From Octopus sinensis (taxonomy: Eukaryota), in contig NW_021832232.1 of assembly GCF_006345805.1 (NCBI RefSeq), forward strand, positions 1 through 33,000: a DNA stretch of 33,000 nucleotides. Direction: 5' to 3'. Of this stretch, positions 1 to 11,900 are shown piece after piece (positions within the stretch are counted from its first letter, which is position 1; each line of letters starts with the position of its first letter). The notes under the pieces are model-generated. The model was not told the DNA's origin and made no database searches. It saw nothing but the letters and a program-made list of their open reading frames with translations. Both the position numbers and the translations under genes were made by a program.

Positions 1-481
1 TTATGTCGAGTATCCTGAGGTTTTTCGAGAACTGGCTCACGAAGTTGAATTGAGGCAGGCGTCACCTAGCAAAATAGGTTCAAAAATCCGTCCTTTTATA
101 GATCTTTATCAAACTGACCAAATTGATCAATCGTTTTTCACATTGTAATGTGTAACAAAAACGGGTATATGTGGTAGAGGCTTCTGGATGAAAAATTTCC
201 GCTTCTACTTAAAATCACTGGGCTGCCAGGTCATTAAAGAAAAACAAAATCGCCGAGAGATATTGAGGCTCTTCAAGAAGATCTCATTTGTTTTTCAGTG
301 GAACAAATAAATCTGAATTTTCAACTCGTTTACATTATGAGAAACCTATTTTCTTTAAATTTATCGAGAATTTTGTTAAAGACATACTGTCTGAAGAAAA
401 CGAATTGTCAAGCCGAGATATGATGGAAAGACTTTGGTAGCTAGTCATACGTTGGGATGATTATTCTTGGAACTAGTTAAT

Positions 482-646
482 AAAACACTCCGCTTCCTTC
501 GCTCGCTCGGTCGACGGATTTCAAGGACTAGCCACGATCCAAGAGAGTATTCTTGGCTCCTGGAACGTCTGTCGATTGCTGTGATCCGAGGGAACGGCTT
601 CGCCATTCGCCAGGCTGGCCGGGTGTCTCGTGAGGCCTTTAATTAG
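482..646 (+). mobile_element. 3' fragment of a CRE/RLE-type non-LTR retrotransposon ORF
   Basis: GC-richer island translating as KTLRFLRSLGRRISRTSHDPREYSWLLERLSIAVIRGNGFAIRQAGRVSREAFN*. This resembles the C-terminal motif (L.QRLSIAIQRGNA) recalled for RLE-encoding CRE-like elements. No RT domain is adjacent. Confidence 0.5.
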
Positions 647-2444
647 CTTAGCTATCTTTTTACTTTTAAATATAATAAAATATTCACGTTTGAAAAAAAG
701 TTAATAAAAAAGCAAAGAAATATGAATGAAATAAGAATATACCATTATTTAGACGAATCTGACATGAAATAGCAGCTTATACAGATTCCGTCGTTGTTAA
801 CTCCCAAACTGTGCTAATTCCATGATACAATACGGATTGACGACTTTACACGTTTATAAATAACATGCGCACCCAAGATTCATCTAGTTTTTTAGAATAA
901 TGCCGTCATCCATTTCCGATCAATCATTTGTCTTTTTATGAGCACAACTATTTCTGACGAACAACGAATAACATAGATCCTCAATTAATGTGTATGACGT
1001 CTAAAAAAAGAACTTGTGCTATTTTTTTTAATTTTTATTGACCAAAAGACCAGGGTAAGCCAGTTAATTATAATCTCCGTGGTCCCTGATTTATGCGAGC
1101 GAAGTAGATCCTTCTGAATAGTTCAAGCCTGCCCAAAATGATCGGGACGACGATGTCCCAGGGTCAGAGTTCTAGAAGTCCTTTTTGGGTAGGCATTAAG
1201 TGCCTCCTGAGCGTTTCCATATCCGATTGGAAGTTCCAACTGACATGCATTTTGATTGTTGATTGTGTAATGACACAAAATTCTACACTAAACCCTTAAA
1301 TATTGTATTAATTTGTGATTCAAATTATAGGTTTCATTGGATATAAGGATTATGTCAGTTTCCAAAAATATGACCAGCCTACGTTTCTGTATAAGTGAGA
1401 AAGCGGCCTTTCAAAATATGCAATTAGGAAACATGATTCAAAAAGCACACTGGAAAAAAATTCGTAATAGCTTTTATGAAAAATCTCAGTGGCAATCCCG
1501 AAATGTTGATAATAAAAAGGAGGATTAAGCATTACAATGATAAAATATGATAAAGTTCAAAGTTCTTTTTTTGTTTGAGAATATATTTTTAGCCTAACAT
1601 AGTTGATTCTTAAGTTTCTTAGACCATCTCACGACATTTTGAACGTAAGAAAACCGAATAAAAATCAAGTTAATAAATTGACATCCCAGAAGTAGAAATT
1701 TATTATTAAACCAATTAAGACAGACCAAGCAAGAAGTTTTAAAAGAAAAGATTATTTTAAAGTAAATAAAACAAGAAATGAACGAATTTAGATCTTAAGT
1801 TTGGTTCTTCTCCAATGCCTTCTCTTATTATTGTATCTACAGGTTATTATTCGTGAACAACTTTAATTGGTTCTCGGACTTGAGGCGCATCCAGTGAGGC
1901 AGGGGACGATTTTGCTTCATTTTCTTAGCTAAAAATAGCTTTGTACTCAACGACTTTATTGAGCTCTACAAAGCAATCAAAATAAACGATAAACACCATT
2001 AGAACAAAAAAACGCGTTAATATATTAATTAATATTCAAATAATATTATTACAAAAATTAAGTAATTTTAATAAAAAAGATTTTTTGGTCTATAGATTAT
2101 TATTAAAATCTAGAATATGCCTTTTGCGTTGTTATAGTTGTGTGACTTGAAACTTTCATATTAACAGGCATTTCCATATCTACTTAATTCTCCCTTATTA
2201 ATTTTTTGAGTCTCATCTGCTCCTTACTCAACCTAACTGGTTATCTTTTCCTCGTCAACTAAAAATGATTTTTCTGCTCTATTCATGTCCACAGGAATTC
2301 GGCGACTTAATATCACTTTATTTATCAAATTTGATTGATTATCTAAAGTCAATAGTACTAGGATGATTGTTAAATATCTGTTGAGTATACACTTTTGGGA
2401 ATAATCAGTAACATTTATTAGTTAATTAATGTTCCCACTGAGTA

Positions 2445-3036
2445 TTAATTCATGCTAAGCGATCCTGCTCCTGCTCCAAATCCGACTCCTTTTATCCCAA
2501 AGAGTTTAGAGTGACACTCTAAGTGTCGATTTTGGTGAGAATACGCTGGCAGTAGACTTTATCCTCATGCTCAGTCACTCGTCCAGGATTGAGCTTCGTA
2601 CAGCAATTTTCGCACTTGAAACACGACGTGTGGAATATCTTGAATACATCAAAGACACTACATAATTGCAGGCTTTAGTCATTTCTGCAGCATATACTGT
2701 CTTTCCGCATATCTTGCACTTTCCATCACTACATCTTAACTGGGCTTTATACTTGTCATTCTTCATAGCAAAAGTCGGTGTAAAGGACATTGTCTTGGGT
2801 GTATAGGATGGCATGAAGTTCTTTCTGTGGCAAACGGAACAGTAAATCTTTCCTTCGTGGTCATTTATTACTGATTTGTCGACGATTTTGCTACACGAAA
2901 CTAAAATTGGGCAACATAAACAATTACCGCACTTTATGCAAGATTTATGGTAGATTTTTGACAAGCATTTGACTTCCTCGTTGAAATATACAACTTTCTC
3001 ACAAAACGCGCACTTTAGCGAGTCGGAACGATTCAT
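2445..3036 (-). CDS. CSRP: Cysteine-rich protein / muscle LIM protein (two LIM domains), 4 exons, 171 aa
   Basis: ATG at 3036. Removing GT-AG introns 2901-2927 (27 nt), 2639-2661 (23 nt) and 2519-2544 (26 nt) leaves a 516-nt open frame. LIM1 reads CAFC..HKSCIKCVSC..YCSVC and LIM2 reads CKIC..FHTSCFKCENC..YCQQC. It ends FGIKGVGFGAGAGSLSMN*, the glycine-rich tail typical of metazoan CRP/MLP. Confidence 0.92.
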
Positions 3037-3320
3037 TTTAGAACAACGCCAATTTTGTTAATAATTCAACCAAATGCGCAACCATTTTAGAGAGTGCATA
3101 AACAAATTATTGACTAACAGACATTTCACGAATATTCCACTTTACTGAGCACGTCCAAATCGACTTGAAATTCGATATTGTCCTAATCGATATATTGACT
3201 TACAATAATAATGTATTTTTAACAATTTTAACTTGTATTAGCTATTCATCAGAGAAAACGCATTTTGTTAATCATCTGTGAGATCAAAGTATTATTGATG
3301 AAATGAGCATCTTTTTGACA

Positions 3321-3405
3321 CTTTTGTGCGGTTTAATTTTTTTTCAAAAGAGATAGTTAAATGACAACGAAAATCGCCAAGTCCCAGCTTTTGTGCGGTT
3401 TAATT
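3321..3405. repeat. 18-bp direct repeat flanking a 49-bp insert that begins with a T-run
   Basis: CTTTTGTGCGGTTTAATT occurs at 3321-3338 and again at 3388-3405. The spacer starts with TTTTTT. Confidence 0.8.
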
Positions 3406-4960
3406 GATTTCACATTTCCTTATTTTTTAATAATCTGGGGAAAAATTCTTTCCTTCATTATATCAAGCATTTTTCCTATGATTGATAGGAAAGATTGTAC
3501 AAGAACTGACAATTTTATCGAAATTAAACCACAAATAATTCGAACTGCATTTTTTCCAGGATGATTAGTGTGATTATATTTTAAGCGTCCCATGTTCCAC
3601 TATTTGAAATATCGACTGGTTTTCCTTCATTTTACATTGTGGTAAATCGACCATTGGTTTAAAAAATTGATCAAGTTATCTAATTAACATTGTTTAAAAC
3701 TCAAAATTAATCACGTCCAATAACATCAATTAAAACATCCATAGTATATCCGAATTATGTAGACATAAGAATTTGGTTTTGTCGACGAATAATCAAAATT
3801 TTGTGTTGAGGTCATAATTTTCCTAAAGTCTCACCCGTGTCGTCTATTAAATCTTTATCGAATATCTTTTTTACGGTCAGAGTTGAGAATTTTAGACTTT
3901 AATCTCTAGATTGAGCTGCACTGCGTCATAATCGACTATTTCTTTTAATAAGGCCAGCAAAACAAACTCTGAAGTTCCCACTAGTCTCTCTCTGGAAATC
4001 TTGTTTCAAATACTTTAATGACCAGTCGGCAAATTAAATTAACTTGACTTGTATGAATTGAATATAAGTTTTCACGTCGGTTCCTATCTACTCAAATTGA
4101 TTCCTTTTACCGCTTTTTCAACATGGAAGCATATAGCTCCTCGACACGTCAGAGTCGTTGTTTTTAATTTTTAATTCGAATTATTGACTAGTTTGATGAA
4201 CAGGAAAAAGGAATTAAAAAAATAGAGGTGATAACTATCTTCTGTCCCCACCAGTTGAGTATTTTTGATCTTTACGTGAATGGATTTAGCGACCCTTTCC
4301 AACTTGCCAAAATTCGTGATCTGTTTTTCCACGTGTCGTTAAATGTGCATATGTGCGTGAGCTGACCTCTCCAATCGTTTATACATCATCTTTCATAAAC
4401 ACTTTCTACCGTTTGTTGGAAATAATTGAATCGGATTTTTTAATATTCAATGGGAATTGTTTTCTGAACTTCTTCAATTCACACTGTTTTTTCGAGTCGC
4501 AAACTGTCAGAAGTTTTTTATTTTCCGCTTTCTATCAATCTGTAAACTGTGATTCCCGGATTGATTAAGCTCAAACAATTTCTGATTTTTATTAACGTTT
4601 CTCAATAAACCACGAGAAAGTTCTGACCTTCATATATGTATTTGGGTCCCGCTGTATATGATTGAATTGTAGGAAAGGTCTGGTTCTGTGAATGTTTTGT
4701 TGACTAGAAATATAGCCTAATTGAAGAATACATTTTATTCATTGGGTTCTATAATTAGCAATTTGCTTGCTGTGAGGATTGACGTCACTCTATTTCGCAT
4801 TTTCTTTATCTCGCTCCAAGTACTTGAGTTTTTATTATAAAAAATCCTTAAAATATATTTAATAATATCAGCGTAGGCAATTTTTATAATATCGTTATTG
4901 TAATGCTCTGGAGATCTCTTAAAGCCAATTCAAGATATACGGATGTCACAAACTCTAGTG

Positions 4961-5380
4961 CATGGGTATCAAACATGCGGCCCTTTGCATGTATAGGTGC
5001 GGCCCACGAGCCTTTAAAATATAAAATAGTAAATCCTGTTTGACAACATCACGCGTTTCTTCTGGAACTAAAAAACGGTGTTCGAAAGATGAAATGGGAA
5101 CTTCTCTATTTTTGTACAAAGATTGATGCAAAAATATATTGTTTAATATGTAACCAGTTAATCGCTATACCGAAAGAATACAACTTCAAAAGGCATTACA
5201 ATTCAAATCATAGATTATACAATTATTTGGAAGGTACAAAAAGATCCAATGAATGTTTCAAAGCTTAATGAATTACGAAATAATCTGACTTGGTCACAGG
5301 CTCAATTCACAAAAAATCACAATCGAAGTACTGCATCAGTTACTGCAAGTTATGAAATCAGATTAAATCTCGTAAAAAGT
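4961..5380 (+). mobile_element. 5' fragment of a hAT (GTF2IRD2/EPM2AIP1-like, Charlie/SPIN group) DNA transposon
   Basis: Terminus-like CATGGGTATCAAACATGCGGCCC at 4961. The translation KWELLYFCTKIDAKIYCLICNQLIAIPKEYNFKRHYNSNH is a C2H2/BED-like finger. After a frameshift it continues KLNELRNNLTWSQAQFTK..TASVTASYEI, matching the N-terminus of this transposase family. No catalytic domain or second TIR was found. Confidence 0.75.
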
Positions 5381-5989
5381 ACTTTCTTGTATTCGACAAA
5401 AAATCAATCTGACGATCTCTGGATGGTTCATGATTCCCCTTCTATGTATTCTAATTTAACGATCAAATTCTATTCTCAAACCAAATTTAACATTATAGTC
5501 ATCAAAAATAATAATAAACGTGTCAGACTTAAAAAAAATCACAGTCTTGGCGAGTTCTGCGTAGTTCTTCCAGGTTTTTAGAAACTCTGCAACTACGAGA
5601 AATGTACACTTTCACAACGGGTATGAACTATCTGGATTTCTCCCTGGGGCCAATAAATATTTTTATTAAATAGATCCGATCATTTACATCCACAAAGCGA
5701 TGTAACTCGAACTATAAATCCTTATGCAAGTTGAAGCCCAGTCCATAGAGTTTGCAGTCGAAAGGGAGTAAAAATAGTCTATATCTTGGTTTCCTGCATA
5801 TTGCAATAAAGAAACGTCATCATTGACTCGAATTTTGAAAAAATAAAATATATTATTAAATATTTTAATGTTATTAAAATTAAATTTATATTATTATTTT
5901 ATTTGTTAAAATTGCATTTAAATTTAGACAATAAACATATTTTGAAAAAGCACGTTTATTAGTTTATATTTTGTGAAGTCAATATAATT

Positions 5990-8900
5990 ATGAACGAAAT
6001 ATTCTGGAATCTTAAAGAGCACAAAAATAAAAAGAAATGTCATACATGCGTTGAATTTTTTTCCCGTTTCCTACAAAATCAGGTGCATTTTGTTTTCATT
6101 TCCCAATAGACCTGGACTAATAAAGTTGACTTTCTGCCAGAACTCTCATTGAGACTATTAACAAACTGTCGAGAACATATAATAATAGATTTCGAGCCAA
6201 TAATCATAGATCTTTTATCCCGACTTGCCAAACTTTTGACAAACAACCAAGAAAACGTTAAAATCGAATTAATTGTACTTCTCGAGGCTTGTACACGACT
6301 CATTCCTTACACAAAATGGCTTTTCTATTTATAAATATTTTTAAGGTATCTAAAGGAAATTTTTTGCCAATGTTTCAGAGGGACATCAACTTCCTCTTCA
6401 AAAAGACTTCAAAATGTAGCTTTTTTAGTAATCTTAACTAGGAGGACTATTCTAGAGAACTACATTTGAAATCTCTCTACAAGCTTCTTTTGAGCGGGAA
6501 ATACGAGTTTATGTTTTTAGTTCAAATGGATGAGTTGATGCAAGTTATGAACGGGGACTTTTCTCCCAGTCAAAAATGGTAAAAACTACCTTTAATGCAA
6601 AGGTTTGCTGGAAAGTGCATTGGGATTTGTTTGGAAATGTCAGACTGTGGTTTTGAGAAATACATTGCTCGATTCTTACCACATTCTGATATTTTATCCA
6701 TGAAAATGAAAACGTTTGCTTAATTTCATTAACTAAAATTTCTCAGTGATGAATGTGTGGATGATTTGTCGTGTCCGTTCAACATTGAAGTTGAAAATAC
6801 TGAACAAATCGGTATAACATGCTATGATTTATGCGAAAACGTCATCAGTCTTTTCGGATTTGTGTTTATAGCCGACAAAGATATTAAAATTGTATTTTTT
6901 TGAATTATTTGAACAGAAGACTCACATTTTTCCATCAAATGTGAACATGCATTTGGCTTCTATACTTGATTCAATTCGGTCTAATCAACCTGTGTTGATA
7001 GAAGGAGTCATTGGCTGTGGAAAGAGTACATTGATTGATAATTTGCACAATTTGCTGTCAAATGGAGCAAAAATTTTTAAAATTCATCTCGGAAGTGAAT
7101 CAGAAGTAAAGGTATCTATTTATTTAAATAAAAACGAAAATTTATTATATAAAATCAATTTACTAACATAAATTAGAATTTAATTTCGAATTATAAATGT
7201 TCCGATATTCCAGGGGAGTTTCTTTGGCAATCTGGTCCAATTCTAGACGCCGTGACAGAAGGAAATTGGCTAGTTTTGGAGGACATTGACATAGCTCCAG
7301 CAGAAATTATTTATGCAATAAGCTCACTTCTTGAGTTTCGTTCAGTATATATTCATAAATCCGGGAAAAGAATCCATCTACACCCACGATTCCGCTGTTT
7401 TGCAACCAAGAGGTAGCGTTCACTACAGTTCATTATTTGCAGGCTGACCAATACATATGATAAATCTTCAAAATTTTTGTTTTCCAAATATTGGAATGTG
7501 ATTGCAATTGATCCGCTTTCTCGTGAAGACATTTCCATGGTTCAATTTATAAATAATTTTTTAAAAGATTTTTTGTAAACGTTTCCCTTTAATGGAGAAA
7601 TATTCCTTTCATTTTGTCAACTCTTTTATCAACATTTGTGATTTTAATAAGAATTACGCTAATAACCGAACAATATATTCACAGTTTGCTTTAGTGAGAC
7701 ATTTTAGTGACTTTTTTAAATGGTCGAGAAGAGTCAATAAAATTTTTAAACAAAATATAGTAGAAGACAAATCCGAATTACTTTTCCTCGAAGCGATTGA
7801 CTGTTTCACGGCGTTTATGCCCGATTCTGAACACAAAAAAGCGACAATGATTTATATTGGAACATTTTTTAATATTTCATTGGAAAAAGTATATCTGTGG
7901 CTCTTACATGTTAAAGGTCAATTTTTACTATGATTCGTTCAATCTGTCAATATCCACAAACGAAAATAGTTTCCGAGTTGGTAGAGGGACTTTATCAATT
8001 CGCGATATTTCAAAAATTCCATCAAAAACGTATATAACCGCCCAAATGCTTAGAAACTTTGCTTCCACTCGTCCAGCACTGTTAATGTTGGAGCGAATAA
8101 TGGTTGCAGTGCAACAGAAGAGTGAGCCGGTGCTACTTGTTGGAGAGACAGGTGTAGGGAAGACGACATTGGTGAGTTATCTGGCCAACCAATTGGGCCA
8201 GAAGATTGTAATTATGAATATGAGTCAACAAAGTGATAGTTCCAATTTGCTCGGAAGGTTTATATTTATTTTATTACGTTTTATTAGTTTTCGATCAATT
8301 GATATGCTGACAGTGATAAAACCTTTGCTATCTTTATATGAGGAATTATTTGCCAAATCATTTTCTATCAAGCAAAACCAAACTTTCATTGCAACTTTGC
8401 ACGACTGCTTTGCTGCAAAAAATTTTGCTGCATTTTTTACTTTGATTGACCACACTGCCAAAAAATTTTTACAAAATCGCCAAAATGATTTATCACTTTT
8501 TAAAAATTGGCGAAAAATAATTAAAGAAACTTGTCGTCTAAAAAAACAAGTAGAATATGGAAAAATATAGATAGATAAAAAATGGAGTGGATCGTCTTTT
8601 ATTTTCATACATTGAAGGTCCCCTCGTCACTGCCATCCGAGAAGGTCATTGGATTCTCTTGGATGAAATCAATTTGTCAAATGTAGAGACACTTGAGTGT
8701 CTATGTCCATTGCTAGAAGGTCCTGATGGGTAATGCTAGTTTATTATTTATTAGATCTATTATTATCACAGACCGAGGAGATCGTGTCCCGGTGAAACGT
8801 CACAAAAATTTCCGTCTATTTGCATGCATGAATCCGCCAACGGATATAGGAAAACGACAATTACCAACCTCTCTCAGGAGTAGGTAGTAATCGTTCTGAC

Positions 8901-11900
8901 AGTTTTAAAGATTCTCTGAATTTTACGTACAAGAGCCTATCTCAGCAAATGATATTCGAGTAATTGTCGAGTCATATCTTTACTTGCAATCTCCATCGGC
9001 TCAACTTGTGGAAAATATTGTCAAATTCTATTTCCACATTCAAAAAAAGGCTGCTGATAAATTAGTTGACGGGTCTAACCGGGCGCCTAATTATACTTTG
9101 AGGACACTTTGCCGTGCTTTAAAAACCGGAAGAACTTGTCTTTTTGGAAATTTAAATCAATCTATCTTCGAGTCTTTAAAAATGAGTTACTTTACTCAGG
9201 TTCTATTTTATAATTGTAATAAAAATTGGTCATCAATAATATAGTTTATATCATAAATAATTTTAGATAAGCTCTAAATTTTATAACGAAATTGAAGATG
9301 ATATAATGAGGATTGTTTATGATGGGTTCGACAAATTCAATTTGAAAAAAAGAGCAATAAGCAGTGCAAAAAGAGCGAAAATGTCAAATCATGTGGATAT
9401 GTATGGATATCTCATTGAAAGAGGAGACGAAACTCCTGTAATACCTCCCGATTACATAATAACTCAATCTGTTCAAACTAATTTGGAAAATCTCTCGCGT
9501 GCTGTTTGTGCAGGGTTTCGTTTTATGTTTATTTTACAGATATCCTATATTATTGCAAGGAGATACCTGTGTCGGGAAAACTAGTCTTATAAACTATCTT
9601 GCTGCCTGCACTGGAAATCGTTGCATTCGCATTAACAACCACGAACACACAGATTTGCAAGAATACGTTGGATTTTACGTTAATGCTCCCAATGGATCAT
9701 TTATTTATAAAGATGGTAGCATTCCAAGTTTTTATTTGATAGGACTTCTTGTCCAGGCAATGAGGAAAGGCTATTGGGTTATTCTTGACGAGCTTAATTT
9801 AGCTCCGAGCGATGTTCTTGAAGCACTTAATAGAGTAATTAATTATTTTGTTTATAACAGCTATTGGATGATAATGGGGAGATATTCATTCCTGAGACTC
9901 AGGAGAATGTCAAGGCCCATAAGCGATTTATGCTTTTTGCCACTCAAAATCCCCCAGGAGTTTATGGAGGGAGAAAAGTTTTTCTTTTTTAAAATTTTTT
10001 AGGTATTATCCCGTGCTTTTAGAAATCGTTTTATCGAGCAGCATCTAGACGAAATATCAAATAACGAATTAATTGAGATTTTGCATCGTCGGTGCTCCCT
10101 ACCAATCTCATATTCGAAAATTATGATATCCGTAATGAACGAGCTTCAGGTTTTCTAATTCTAAATTTTTTATAGCGACGACGTCGTATTTCTAATCTGT
10201 TTTTTGGAAAGAACAGTTTCATCACTTTGAGAGATCTGTTTAAATGGGCAGACAGATATCGACTTTTCACGAATGATGAGCCTTTTTACGACTGGAGTCA
10301 ACATTTGGCCGACCATGGATATCTTCTTCTGGCGGGAAGAGTCCGTACTTCGGAAGAAGAAGAGGTCGTTGCTGGTGCTATTTCACTTCACTTCAAACGA
10401 AAAATAAACCCAATTGGTCTCTTTGACATGTCTTCATCAACCACGTGCCATATAAATAACTATTTGAATATTCTTCGTGAAGATACTACTTGGCAGCGAA
10501 TTGTATGGACGTATTCAATGAGAAGAATGCTCGTTCTAACTATCACTGCTCTCGAATGTAGAGAGCCGGTTTTGCTTATTGGAGAAACTGGGTTTGTTTT
10601 CATAAATTATCATAGTTGTGGGAAAACAACCATATGCCAACTTTATTCAGTAGCCAATAAGCTTGCATTATTTTCTGTCAGCTGTCATATGAACACGGAG
10701 GCATATGATTTCATTGGCTCAATTCGACCTGTCCGTGCTTTAGATTCAAACGTTATTCTTTAAATTACATTTTTAGACTAACGGTAAGTTATTCGATTGG
10801 GTCGACGGTCCGCTAGTCATGGCCATGAAGGAAGGCGGAGTTTTCTTGCTTGATGAAATTTCACTTGTCGATGATTCAGTTTTGGAACGGATTAATAGCG
10901 TGCTGGAACTTGACAGGAGACTAGTCCTTGCAGAGAAAGGCTCTGATGGCCTTATGAATAGTTCCGAATCTATAGTAGCTGATCCTGCCTTCCGTATATT
11001 GGCAACAATGAATCCGGGTGGGGATTTCGGTAAAAAGGAGGTTAGAATTGATAGAAACAATAATAGTTATCTCCTGCTTTAAGAAATCGGTTCACTGAAA
11101 TTTGGTGTCCTTGCCAACTCTCGCGAGATGACATTATAGCAATTGTTTCTTATAACGCTAGCTCTAAATTCCTGGAAAAGTTTAAGCATATACTTCCATT
11201 AGAAAATATTATCGCAGATTTTTTTGAGTTTGTGGAATTAAAGGAAGCTAGATCGTTTGTATAATATTTGTAAAGTATAGAAATGTTTTGAGCATCCGAG
11301 ATCTCCTTGTTTGGATTGAGTTCATGAATAATATGGTTGACAAATGTTTCGATCTTGTTTCAATTTTCCGATGTTTTGTACACGGAGCATGTCTTGTTTA
11401 TCTAGACCGTATAAGCACTGGTATTTTATCTTGTTTTATTTCTCAGACAACATTCAAGGAAATTCTGCGAACATGTATTTTATGTTCATTGCTCAGAAAT
11501 TTGAAAATTTTATTGACATCTCATCATTGAACTATTCGACCTTTGACCAAGTCAATACTCGAATATTTTTGAATGAACAATTTTTTGGATTTGAAGAATA
11601 TTTTATTAAAATTGGTTATATTGATTTATTTGAAGTTTATAAGGCGGTGCCAGAGGATCTAATGTAATCTACGAATTTAATGCTTCTGTTGTTCGCTCAA
11701 ATTTACTAAAAATAATAAGATCAATGCAATTAAACCGTCCTCTCCTACTCGAGGGAATGCCTGGAGTTGGGAAGACGAGTTTATTGGCATCTTTGGCAAC
11801 TGTGACTGGCCATAATTATGTCAGGATTAATTTATCTGATCAAACTGTATTTAGTCTGAGATAATTATTGTTAGGATGTGGCCGATTTATATGGCTGTGA

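Noticed and set aside
1-440. Possible 3' end of a gene entering from the left (YVEYPEVFRELAHEVELR.. and ..FIENFVKDILSEENELSSRDMMERLW*)
   Set aside because: Frames could not be joined by consistent introns and no family was recognised; the upstream window is needed.
1040-1528. GC-richer block plus ORF 1337-1528, including a C-TGA-L-C pattern suggestive of selenocysteine
   Set aside because: The frame has several other stops, no known selenoprotein motif and no evident SECIS; probably a decayed sequence.
1800-2330. Short coding-like frames downstream of CSRP
   Set aside because: Interrupted by stops, no start or splice model, no recognisable motif.
3900-4700. ORF 4353-4568 and neighbouring frames
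   Set aside because: No motif or coherent exon structure on either strand.
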